From NCBI GenBank assembly GCA_946407485.1, contig CAMJOE010000001.1, positions 1 through 63,557 of the forward strand: a stretch of 63,557 nucleotides of DNA. Reading direction: 5' to 3'. Positions 51,237-58,969 of the stretch are shown here, one piece after another. The stretch is from an uncultured Prevotellaceae bacterium. Its GTDB lineage: Bacteria > Bacteroidota > Bacteroidia > Bacteroidales > Bacteroidaceae. The translations under genes were made by a program, and so were the position numbers. Positions within the stretch are counted from its first letter, which is position 1, and each line of letters opens with the position of its first letter. The notes beneath the pieces were generated by a model, which did no database searches, was not told where the DNA came from, and worked only from the letters and a program-made list of their open reading frames with translations.

Positions 51237-52229
51237 CTATTGTTCATTGTAAATCAACTGCGTTAAAGTTTGCCCGACTGCTTCGAGGACGTTCGGGTCG
51301 ATGTTATCGGGCGTGTCTTTTATCGTGTGCCACGTGGGGCCGAAGCTGCTCGAACCATCTTTATAATAAGGTATGATGTCGATGCACGGCACGCCGGCTG
51401 CGTTGACGTTTACGTGGTCGTCGGTGACGTATCCAGCATCGGTGAGGGGGAAGAACTGCCTGTATCCGAGCTGCCCTGCCAATTGCCAGACGAGGTTGAC
51501 GATAGGCTGAGCCAGCTGCCTGCTGATGCCTTCGCGGGAGAACGTAGCGCCGAAGCCGCCCACCATGTCGAGCAGTACGCCGTAGCGTGCTTTGTAGCCA
51601 TCGGCCCTGGCGCGTTCGGCCCAGACCTTCGAGCCGAGGCACCATGTGTCGGACGCGCCGAGACGGTCCTCCTCGAAGAGCGGGGTGCCCAGGTCCTCAG
51701 CGTCGAAGCATATCATGTCAACGCCCACCTGGACGGGCTTCTCCTGTATGAGTCGGCATATCTCGAGCATGACGGCGACGCCGCTTGCGCCATCGTTGGC
51801 CGCCAGAACAGGTGTGCGATGGTTCGCCTCGTCGTCATCGTTGTCGGCCCAAGGGCGTGAGTCCCAGTGGGCACAGAGCAGGATGCGGTCGGGGTTGCTG
51901 GGGGCGATGCGCGCGATGATGTTTCGTGCGGGCAGCATCGAGCCGTCCCAGATGGTGACGTCAGCCGTCTGTTCCTCTACCTCAGCGCCAAACGCCTTGA
52001 AGCGCTCCACGATGTAGTCGCCGCACCGTCGCGAGGCGTCGCTGCCCGGCACGCGTGGGCCGAACTCGCACTGCTCTTTGATGTAGAGCATGGCATTGCT
52101 GGCAGAGAAGCGCGGACAGGAGGCGAGGGCGATGGTGTCGGCCTTCGAGGCGCTCCCTTTCGACTGACCGTCGCAGGAGGCAAGCATGAGGAATATAATG
52201 GCGGGAAGCCAGAAGATAACTCTTTTCAT
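51237..52229 (-). CDS. M28-fold glutaminyl-peptide cyclotransferase (glutaminyl cyclase) lipoprotein
   Basis: Lipobox FLMLASC. M28 metal-site blocks (LLCAHWDSRPWAD, FDAEDLG). Size and layout resemble the type II QC of Porphyromonas. Could also be a plain M28 peptidase. Confidence 0.65.
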   Translation of the reverse strand: MKRVIFWLPAIIFLMLASCDGQSKGSASKADTIALASCPRFSASNAMLYIKEQCEFGPRVPGSDASRRCGDYIVERFKAFGAEVEEQTADVTIWDGSMLPARNIIARIAPSNPDRILLCAHWDSRPWADNDDDEANHRTPVLAANDGASGVAVMLEICRLIQEKPVQVGVDMICFDAEDLGTPLFEEDRLGASDTWCLGSKVWAERARADGYKARYGVLLDMVGGFGATFSREGISRQLAQPIVNLVWQLAGQLGYRQFFPLTDAGYVTDDHVNVNAAGVPCIDIIPYYKDGSSSFGPTWHTIKDTPDNIDPNVLEAVGQTLTQLIYNEQ

Positions 52230-52268
52230 TTTTCCTTTTATTCGTTGTGACGTTATGACGGGATTTCG

Positions 52269-54029
52269 TTATAACGGGATTTGGGCCGACGCCATGACGC
52301 GCAGGAAGTTGCCTCCCATGATGAGGCGGATGTCCTGCTCGGAGAACTGCCTGCGGAGCAGGTGGCGCGTGAAGTTGATTATCTCGGAAGCGTCAGCGAG
52401 TCCCGGCACGCCGCCGTCGCCGTCGAAGTCGGTGCCGAGCCCCACATGCTCCACGCCCATTATCTTTGCAGCATGGCAGAGGTGGTCGACGGCGTCGACG
52501 ACGGTGGCTGTGCCGTCGGAGCGGAGGAAACCGCTGTAGACGGTGGTCTGCGCCACACCGCCTGCCTTGGCGAGCGCCCGCAGTTGGTCGTCGGTGAGGT
52601 TGCGGGGATGGTCGCAGAGGGCACGTGCCGAGCTGTGGCTGCAGACGATGGGCACCTTGCTGAGCTCCAGCGCGTCGTAGAAGCTTTTTTCTGAGGCGTG
52701 GCTCATGTCGACGAGTATGCCGAGGCGGTTCATCTGCTCGACCACCTCACGCCCGAAGTCGCTGAGGCCTCCGTGCTCGTTGTTGCCGCGGGCGGAGTCG
52801 CATATGTCGTTGTCGCCGTTGTGGCAAAGCGTCATATAGACGATGCCGCGCTTCTTGAAGTATTCAAGCAAGCCGATGTTCTTGCCGATGGCATAGCCGT
52901 TCTCGATGCCTCGCAGGATGGCCTTCTTGCCTTGTGCCTTGAGTCGGAGGATGTCGTCTTCCGTCTCGGCGAGCCCCACGCGGTCGCCGTTGGCGCGCAC
53001 CATCTCCTCGATTTGCGTGAGCAGGAGGTCGGCCTTTGCCGTCGCTATCTTGTAGGCCTCCTCATTGCGCTCGCCTTGCGGCAGATAAGCCACCATGATG
53101 GATGCATCGAGGCGGCCCTCGGTCATCTTAGGCAGGTCGACGAGCACGCGGTCGGTACGCGAGGCGAACATCGAGATGTTCTCGCGGCTGTTGTCTGTGA
53201 AGAACATGGGCGTGTCGCAATGACTGTCCAGGATAATCGATGTGTCGTGGATGCGCTTGGCCTCAGCGAAGGTGCGTGCTTCGTTGATAAGCCAGCGGAA
53301 GAGCGACATGTGGCTTTCGTCGTTGTTCAGGATGAAGCACTCGGGGTGCCACTGTACGCCGAGCAACGCCTTGTGTTCGCTCGACTCCACCGCCTCGATG
53401 ATGCCGTCGGGGCTCGTGGCGGAGACCTTCAGATGAGGTCCCGGGTCTCTTACCGCCTGATGATGGAAGGAGTTGACCGCCAGCTTCTGCTTGTTGCCGA
53501 ATGCGCTTTGCAGGATGCTTCCCTCCTCGATGTTGACCGTGTGGGAAGCGGTGTAGCGTGGCATGTCCTGCGAGTGCTTTATTATTGAAGATTGGAGATT
53601 CTGGGTTTCGCATTCCCCTTCAATATTCAATTTTCCATTTTCAATGATATAGATGTCCTGCCAGACTTTGCCGCCGAGTACAGCGGCCATCACCTGTATG
53701 CCGCGACAGATGCCGAGCGTCGGTATCTGGCGATGGAAGGCTTCGCGTGCGAGGAAGAGCTCCGTCTCGTCGCGCTCGGGGCATACGCTGCGCAGCTGTG
53801 GCAGCGGTTCTTCGCCCAGGAGGAGCGGGTTGATGTCTCCGCCGCCCGACAGCACGATGCCGTCGAGCGTATCGAGCAACGAGAGGATGGCCTCCTTGTC
53901 CTTATGAGGGGGGATGACGACCGGCGTGCCTCCCGCCTTGAGAACAGAGAGGTAGTAGCCTGGCGCCAGTTCGCAGCCCTTGTCACCACAGTTGCCCGTA
54001 ATGCCGATTAGTGGGTTCTTGTGTATCAT
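52269..54029 (-). CDS. fusion protein: class-I glutamine amidotransferase/peptidase C26 (gamma-glutamyl hydrolase-like) + M19 membrane dipeptidase-like domain
   Basis: N-terminal half has GICRGIQV (nucleophile Cys) and GVQWHPE. C-terminal half has ILDSHCDTP and SHSSARALCDHPRNLTDDQL, typical of M19. Start set at ATG 54029, which overlaps the Lrp stop (ATGA). The track's 54437 start runs through the Lrp gene. Confidence 0.75.
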   Translation of the reverse strand: MIHKNPLIGITGNCGDKGCELAPGYYLSVLKAGGTPVVIPPHKDKEAILSLLDTLDGIVLSGGGDINPLLLGEEPLPQLRSVCPERDETELFLAREAFHRQIPTLGICRGIQVMAAVLGGKVWQDIYIIENGKLNIEGECETQNLQSSIIKHSQDMPRYTASHTVNIEEGSILQSAFGNKQKLAVNSFHHQAVRDPGPHLKVSATSPDGIIEAVESSEHKALLGVQWHPECFILNNDESHMSLFRWLINEARTFAEAKRIHDTSIILDSHCDTPMFFTDNSRENISMFASRTDRVLVDLPKMTEGRLDASIMVAYLPQGERNEEAYKIATAKADLLLTQIEEMVRANGDRVGLAETEDDILRLKAQGKKAILRGIENGYAIGKNIGLLEYFKKRGIVYMTLCHNGDNDICDSARGNNEHGGLSDFGREVVEQMNRLGILVDMSHASEKSFYDALELSKVPIVCSHSSARALCDHPRNLTDDQLRALAKAGGVAQTTVYSGFLRSDGTATVVDAVDHLCHAAKIMGVEHVGLGTDFDGDGGVPGLADASEIINFTRHLLRRQFSEQDIRLIMGGNFLRVMASAQIPL

Positions 54030-54523
54030 GCTTCTTCGAGGACGGTTGGTTTTGTTTCTGCGTGCTGAGCTCCGATGGGTACCTCCTTCTTGATGCTCTG
54101 CTTGAGGGAGATGAGCGTTTCGGTCGAGACGACGCCGTCGATTTCCTGCAGGCGGTCGTTCAAGAGCGTCATCAGGTGGGCGTTGTCCTTCGCATAGAGC
54201 TTGATGAGCATAGTGTAGGGGCCGGTCGTGAAGTGGCACTCCACGATTTCGGGTATCTTCTCGAACTCCTCGACGACTTTCTTGTATAGCGAACCCCTTT
54301 CGAGCGTGATGCCGACATAGGTGCAGGTGTTGTATCCGAGGCAAGCGGGGTCCACGTGGAAGCCGCTGCCGATGATGACGCCGGCATCGACGAGGTGCTG
54401 CACGCGCTGGTGAACGGCCGCACGGCTCACGCCACAAACTTCAGCCACTTCCTTGAAGGGAATGCGGGCATTGCAGGAAATCATCTCGAGAATCTTTTTG
54501 TCCAAATCATCTACTTTAAACAT
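54026..54523 (-). CDS. Lrp/AsnC family transcriptional regulator
   Basis: LDKKILEMISCNARIPFKEVAEVCGVSRAAVHQRVQHL HTH, followed by a C-terminal RAM-like domain. 165 aa. Confidence 0.85.
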   Translation of the reverse strand: MFKVDDLDKKILEMISCNARIPFKEVAEVCGVSRAAVHQRVQHLVDAGVIIGSGFHVDPACLGYNTCTYVGITLERGSLYKKVVEEFEKIPEIVECHFTTGPYTMLIKLYAKDNAHLMTLLNDRLQEIDGVVSTETLISLKQSIKKEVPIGAQHAETKPTVLEEA

Positions 54524-54699
54524 AATAATAATGGTTATAGGTTATAAAAATGATAGCAAAAGTACGGATTATTTTTCAAATTGCAATGAAAAAACGGGAA
54601 AAATTGCTTGCAGACGCACGTTTTTCTTGCAAAATGCAATCAAGGGGCACGTCGGAAGGGGAATTTCGACGGCAATGGAAAGAAAACGCATGCAGAGGC

Positions 54700-54810
54700 G
54701 TCGGCCGACGCTTGCTGTGGGAATCGACTTTCCTTGCTGTGGGAAAAGCCGACGCTTGCTGTGGGAAATGGCGTTCCTTGCTGTGGGAAAAAACGACGCT
54801 TGCTGTCAGC
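54700..54810. repeat. CTTGCTGTGGG-family array, 5 units, overlapping the xerD stop
   Basis: CTTGCTGTGGGAA.. occurs 4 times and CTTGCTGTCAGC once, at 22-24-bp spacing. Confidence 0.8.
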
Positions 54811-55735
54811 TCTTGATGTTCCTCGGGTGGTGCTCCAGGATCTCCTGCCTCAAATGGCTCTTGTCGATGTGCATGTAGATCTCCGTCGTGCCGATGTCTT
54901 CGTGCCCGAGCATCGCTTGGATGGCCCGCAGATTGGCACCGCCCTCCAGGAGCTGCGTGGCGAAGCTGTGGCGGAATGTGTGCGGACTGATGCTCTTCTT
55001 GATACCCGCCTGCTCGGCATACGCCTTGATATAGACGAAGAGAGAGATGCGGCTGAGGTGCTTGCCGCGTCGCAGGGAGATGAACACGTAGTCCTCCTCG
55101 CCCGGCTTTACCGTGATGTCCTGCCGCACGACGAACCATTGCCGCAGCTTCTCGATGGCGCCCTCGCCGATGGGAACCAACCGCTCCTTCCTCCCCTTGC
55201 CGTGAACGCGGATGTACCCCTCCTCGAGATAGAGCTCGCTTAGCTTCAAGTTGACCAGTTCGCTGATACGCAGGCCGCAGCTGAACAGCACCTCTATGAT
55301 GGCCAAATCGCGTATGCCCTCCGGTTTGCTCAGGTCGATGGCGGCCTCGATGGCGTCTATCTCGGGCAGACTCAACACCTCGGGCAGGTGCTTCCCTATC
55401 TTCGGACTCTCCAACAGCTCAGTAGGGTCGGTCTCTATCTCCTTCTCGATGGTCAGGAAGCGATAGAACGAACGCACGCCGCTCAGTATTCGCGCCACCG
55501 AGCGCGGCCCGACACCCAGCTCCTGCAAAGCCTTCGCGAAGTGGTCCAGCTGCTCGAGCGTCACCCGACGGAAGTCGATGCCCTCGTCGGCATAATAGTT
55601 CAGGAGCTTCTGCAGGTCCTTAAGGTAGGCGTCGAGCGTGTTGGCGGTGTACGACCGCTCAAGTCGCAGGTACTGGAAGTAGCGGCGAAGGATGGCGTTG
55701 CCCACAACATTCGTATTTGTCAGTTCATAGTGCAT
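54806..55735 (-). CDS. xerD: tyrosine site-specific recombinase XerD
   Basis: HTFRHSFATQLLEGGANLRAIQAMLGHEDIGTTEIYMH carries the catalytic HxxR..Y. Divergent from aroQ, as in many Bacteroidales. Confidence 0.85.
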   Translation of the reverse strand: MHYELTNTNVVGNAILRRYFQYLRLERSYTANTLDAYLKDLQKLLNYYADEGIDFRRVTLEQLDHFAKALQELGVGPRSVARILSGVRSFYRFLTIEKEIETDPTELLESPKIGKHLPEVLSLPEIDAIEAAIDLSKPEGIRDLAIIEVLFSCGLRISELVNLKLSELYLEEGYIRVHGKGRKERLVPIGEGAIEKLRQWFVVRQDITVKPGEEDYVFISLRRGKHLSRISLFVYIKAYAEQAGIKKSISPHTFRHSFATQLLEGGANLRAIQAMLGHEDIGTTEIYMHIDKSHLRQEILEHHPRNIKS

Positions 55736-55882
55736 AATACATATTATATAATGAAGAATGAAGCGAGAAGAATGCAGAAATTGCCACCGCCGTACAGTTC
55801 ACGCGGCATTCCCAATTCCACATTTTTCGTCTTTTAAGGAAAAAATTCTTCATTCTTCATTCTTAATTCTTCATTATTTTAT

Positions 55883-55890
55883 TACCTTTG
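55883..55890 (+). promoter_or_regulatory. -7 box (TAccTTTG) for aroQ
   Basis: 44 nt upstream of ATG 55935. Preceded by an ATTCTTC array. Confidence 0.6.
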
Positions 55891-55934
55891 TAGCAGAAAC
55901 TAACACTTTTCGACCACAAAGATACAGTTTTATT

Positions 55935-56375
55935 ATGAGAATTCAAATTATTAATGGCCCAAATCTTAACCTTTTGGGCGTTCGCGAGCCTGAAATCTAC
56001 GGCAAACGCGCATGGGAAGACTACCTCAAGGAACTGCGGGCACGCTTCCCGAAGGTACGCATCGACTACTTCCAGAGCAACCTTGAGGGCGAAATCATCA
56101 ACAAGATTCACGAGGTCGGCTTTGACCGCGACGGCATCGTCCTCAACGCAGGAGCATACACGCACACCAGCATCGCCATACTCGATGCTCTGCGCAGCGT
56201 GAGCACGCCCACCGTTGAGGTGCACATCAGCAACGTCTATCAGCGCGAAGAGTTCCGTCGGCGCTCCATCATCAGCCCGGGTTGCGTGGGCTTCGTCGGC
56301 GGCTTCGGACTCGACAGCTATCGCCTCGCCATCGAAGCTTTGATAGATAACGCGGCCCAGGCTAAGACCGAGTAA
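55935..56375 (+). CDS. aroQ: type II 3-dehydroquinate dehydratase
   Basis: MRIQIINGPNLNLLGVREPEIYG and NAGAYTHTS blocks. Start moved to ATG 55935, 44 nt after the TAccTTTG box. Confidence 0.9.
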   Translation: MRIQIINGPNLNLLGVREPEIYGKRAWEDYLKELRARFPKVRIDYFQSNLEGEIINKIHEVGFDRDGIVLNAGAYTHTSIAILDALRSVSTPTVEVHISNVYQREEFRRRSIISPGCVGFVGGFGLDSYRLAIEALIDNAAQAKTE

Positions 56376-57005
56376 ATGTCGCTCGAGGAGTATATCCTTC
56401 GGCACATCGACGCGGAGGGCGACTACTTGCATGCCCTGTGGCGAGACACGCAACTGCGACTGTCGTACGGTCAGATGGCAAGCGGCCACCTTCAGGGGCG
56501 CGTGCTGAAGATGCTCATACAGATGGCAAAGCCGCTGCGAGTGCTCGAGTTGGGCACTTTCAGCGGCTACGCTACTTTATGCATGGCGGAGGGATTGGGG
56601 CCGGATGCCGAGATACACACCTTCGAGGTGTTTGACGAGAACGAGGACTTCCTGCGGCATTGGTTCGAGGGAAGCGCCTACAAGGACAAGATTCACCTTC
56701 ACATCGGCGATGCCCTGCAGCTTGTCCCCGAGATGCAGGAGCAGTGGGACTTCGCCTTTATTGATGCCGACAAGCGGGAATACACGGCATACTACGAGAT
56801 GCTTCTGCCCAGGATGCGCCCCGGAGGCTTTATCGTGGCCGACAATACCTTGTGGTACGGCCACGTCCTCGAGGAGGCGCGCGACAGCGACTTGCAGACG
56901 CGCGGCGTTCAGGCCTTCAATGAAATGGTGGCGCAAGACAATCGCGTGGAGAAGGTCATACTACCCCTGCGCGACGGCCTCAGCATCATCAGGAAGAAGC
57001 CTTAA
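56376..57005 (+). CDS. class I SAM-dependent O-methyltransferase (caffeoyl-CoA OMT-like)
   Basis: VLELGTFSGYATL SAM motif and FDFAFIDADKREY. The ATG directly abuts the aroQ TAA. Confidence 0.8.
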   Translation: MSLEEYILRHIDAEGDYLHALWRDTQLRLSYGQMASGHLQGRVLKMLIQMAKPLRVLELGTFSGYATLCMAEGLGPDAEIHTFEVFDENEDFLRHWFEGSAYKDKIHLHIGDALQLVPEMQEQWDFAFIDADKREYTAYYEMLLPRMRPGGFIVADNTLWYGHVLEEARDSDLQTRGVQAFNEMVAQDNRVEKVILPLRDGLSIIRKKP

Positions 57006-57051
57006 GTCTGCCGTTATGACGTGATAGCGGGATGACGTCATCACATCCAGT

Positions 57052-57276
57052 TTATTTCTTCGGCTCCTCTACAACCCTGATGGGCGGCACGCCGTAGAGG
57101 ACCCTCACCCTATCAACGGGCTGTTTCTTGTCGACGACTCCCGGCGGCGGTCCGTACAGTTCAACCGTGCCGTCGCTTTTCTGCACCTTCTTGGTCGTCT
57201 TGCATGCCGCGAAGCCCAGCAGCGTGATGAGCGAACCCAGCATTAAGCGCCAGAATGAACGAATTTTCTTTCCCAT
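57052..57276 (-). CDS. small Pro-rich lipoprotein, hypothetical
   Basis: MGKKIRSFWRLMLGSLITLLGFAAC signal plus lipobox, about 50-aa mature part. An alternative start lies at 57291. Confidence 0.45.
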   Translation of the reverse strand: MGKKIRSFWRLMLGSLITLLGFAACKTTKKVQKSDGTVELYGPPPGVVDKKQPVDRVRVLYGVPPIRVVEEPKK

Positions 57277-57305
57277 CTTGACATTTACCATTTAATCATT
57301 TATTC

Positions 57306-57490
57306 AACTTTCGGAAGTTATGTTTTTATGGGAGTTAAAGAAGTTAAAGAAGTTAGCGAGCTTTGCTCGCTTGGGGAAGTTAAAGGACAATAGCTTTTGC
57401 AGCCGAATACGGGGCTGAATGCAAACCGCATCCCAAGGTATCGTCCTTTAACTTCTTTAACTTCTTTAACTTCATTAACTTCCGAAACTT
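57306..57490. repeat. palindromic intergenic element (GAAGTTAAA-arm family), compact copy
   Basis: Outer inverted repeats AACTTTCGGAAGTTA / TAACTTCCGAAACTT. Inner arms made of 9-bp GAAGTTAAA units. Confidence 0.8.
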
Positions 57491-57525
57491 AAATCATTTA
57501 CCATTTACCATTTTATTTTCTCCCC

Positions 57526-58620
57526 TTAGAGGGGGAGGAAGGCGGGGTCTTTCATTTTCTTCATGTGGCAGAGTAACAATTTGCCGTCGTTGTCGCGCAG
57601 ATGCATGCCGCCGCCTTCGCAGTAGCGCCAGTAGCGGCAGCCTTTGCAGTCGCCGGTCTTCATCCATTGGCGGTCGCGATGCGGCTGGAAGCGTTGCTCC
57701 CAGACCTGCATGAAGTCGTCCTCGTAGATGTTTCCCTGACGGTAATTCGACCTGATGCTCGTGCAGGCGCTGATGCCTCCATCGACGAGGACTGACGCCA
57801 CCGTGACCCCTGCCACGCAGCGAAACATCCAGTCCCTCACGTCGCCCTCGTACGGCCCAAGGAATCCTTCGCAGCCGTACGACGCATGAATCCGGCCCTC
57901 CTGACGTGTCTCGCGGATGAAGTCGAGCAGTCCGCGGAGCTGTTCCCCCGTGAGCTGCAGCTCCTTGTCCTGCGCCGCGCGGCCCACCGGGAAGATGGTG
58001 GCGAGCCGCCAGTCCGCGACGCCTTTGTCGATGAGAAACGTCTTGAGCTCGGGCAGCATGTCATAGTTGTGCTGATGCACGCAGGTCATCACGTCATAGA
58101 CGAGCGTCGGGTCGCGCACTATCATGTCGATGGCCTGGCTTGCCATGCGGAAGCAGTCGGGGTTGCGACGCAGCCAGGTGTGCTGCTCTTCCAGTCCGTC
58201 GAGGCTGATTGTCACGGAGCAGAGGCCCGCGTCCTTCAGGTCGTCGAGCATCTGGGGCGTGAGCAGCAGGCCGTTCGTCACCATTCCCCAGGGGAAGCCA
58301 CGCGTCGAGATGCCTCGCGCGCACTCCACGACGTCCTCCCTCACCAGCGGCTCTCCGCCTCCGAGAATGATGAAGACGTCCCTCGGATTGCGTTTCCTGG
58401 CTATCCCGTCCAGCACGCGGAAGAAGTCCTCGCGCGGCATGTCGGGCACCATGGCAGCCTGTCGGCAGTCGCTCCCGCAGTGGCGGCAATGGATGTTGCA
58501 GCGCACGGTGCTCTCCCAGAAGAGTTGCCTGAGCGGATGCTCCTCGCGGAGGCTCTTCGTCAGGAGCCTCGAAGCCTCGAGCGCAACGGTACGCCTTATA
58601 CCTAACTTCTCGTCGTTCAT
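57526..58620 (-). CDS. radical SAM / SPASM-domain protein
   Basis: CNIHCRHCGSDC (CxxxCxxC), GGGEPL, and a C-terminal Cys-rich region CTSIR..CKGCRYWRYCEGGG. Start set at ATG 58620 because a TAtcTTTG box (58625-58632) lies inside the longer track ORF. Confidence 0.8.
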   Translation of the reverse strand: MNDEKLGIRRTVALEASRLLTKSLREEHPLRQLFWESTVRCNIHCRHCGSDCRQAAMVPDMPREDFFRVLDGIARKRNPRDVFIILGGGEPLVREDVVECARGISTRGFPWGMVTNGLLLTPQMLDDLKDAGLCSVTISLDGLEEQHTWLRRNPDCFRMASQAIDMIVRDPTLVYDVMTCVHQHNYDMLPELKTFLIDKGVADWRLATIFPVGRAAQDKELQLTGEQLRGLLDFIRETRQEGRIHASYGCEGFLGPYEGDVRDWMFRCVAGVTVASVLVDGGISACTSIRSNYRQGNIYEDDFMQVWEQRFQPHRDRQWMKTGDCKGCRYWRYCEGGGMHLRDNDGKLLLCHMKKMKDPAFLPL

Positions 58621-58624
58621 GTGG

Positions 58625-58632
58625 CAAAGATA
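58625..58632 (-). promoter_or_regulatory. -7 box (TAtcTTTG) for radical SAM gene (near-leaderless)
   Basis: Only 4 nt separate the box from ATG 58620. Preceded by an ATGAAGA x4 array. Confidence 0.55.
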
Positions 58633-58639
58633 CGAAAAA

Positions 58640-58667
58640 ATGAAGAATGAAGAATGAAGAATGAAGA
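58640..58667. repeat. heptamer array ATGAAGA x4
   Basis: Direct reading. Abuts the -7 box at 58625-58632. Confidence 0.9.
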
Positions 58668-58754
58668 ATTTTTTCCTCATTCTTAGCATTACTTAACATG
58701 ACCGGATTATAGAGATAGCCTGAAATGGTTTTAAACTTGACGCGTCTAATCTCT

Positions 58755-58863
58755 TCACTAATCGTTACTGATTACGTCACTAATCGTTCATAGTTCGTTG
58801 CTGCATGGCGACAAAGCAATTGCTGCATGGCGACAAAGCAATTGCTGCATCGCCATGCAGCAA
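58755..58863. repeat. five consecutive ~22-bp units (2 x TCACTAATCGTT.., 3 x TTGCTGCATGGCGACAAAGCAA-type)
   Basis: Direct reading. The last unit, TTGCTGCATCGCCATGCAGCAA, is itself palindromic. Confidence 0.75.
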
Positions 58864-58912
58864 TCAACTATGCCTGTCATGTCGGGCAAAAATGCCTGTC
58901 AGATGGGGCAAC

Positions 58913-58946
58913 AAAAAAGGAGCAGCACCCCGAGGGATGCTGCTCC
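58913..58946 (-). terminator. rho-independent terminator after hsp20
   Basis: GGAGCAGCA/TGCTGCTCC stem followed by TTTTTT on the - strand. Confidence 0.7.
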
Positions 58947-58969
58947 GTTGTCTTGGATGTAACGTCAGT

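Noticed and set aside
54030-54437. N-terminal 136-aa extension of the amidotransferase/dipeptidase ORF (track start 54437)
   Set aside because: The extension lies entirely inside the well-supported Lrp/AsnC gene in another frame and is Arg/Pro-rich. The ATG at 54029 forms an ATGA overlap with the Lrp stop and begins the conserved MIHKNPLIGITG.. domain.
54806-55735. xerD as the integrase of a mobile element or of the lower-GC island
   Set aside because: It is a canonical XerD-type housekeeping recombinase, divergent from aroQ in a common Bacteroidales arrangement. It lies 5 kb beyond the island with housekeeping genes in between, and I found no att-like direct repeats.
57526-58620. Radical SAM/SPASM protein as the anaerobic sulfatase-maturating enzyme for the Ser-type sulfatase at 14988
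   Set aside because: The two genes are 40 kb apart and not co-transcribed. The N-terminal cluster context (CNIHCRHCGSDC) and overall sequence do not resemble anSME/ChuR proteins as I recall them. This cannot be decided without an HMM search.
58621-58689. Upstream extensions of several ORFs as given in the track (radical SAM 58689, aroQ 55758, SSF transporter 42405, HAD 28513)
   Set aside because: In each case a TAnnTTTG -7 box and/or a heptamer array lies inside the extension. The conserved protein sequence begins at an internal ATG downstream of the box.
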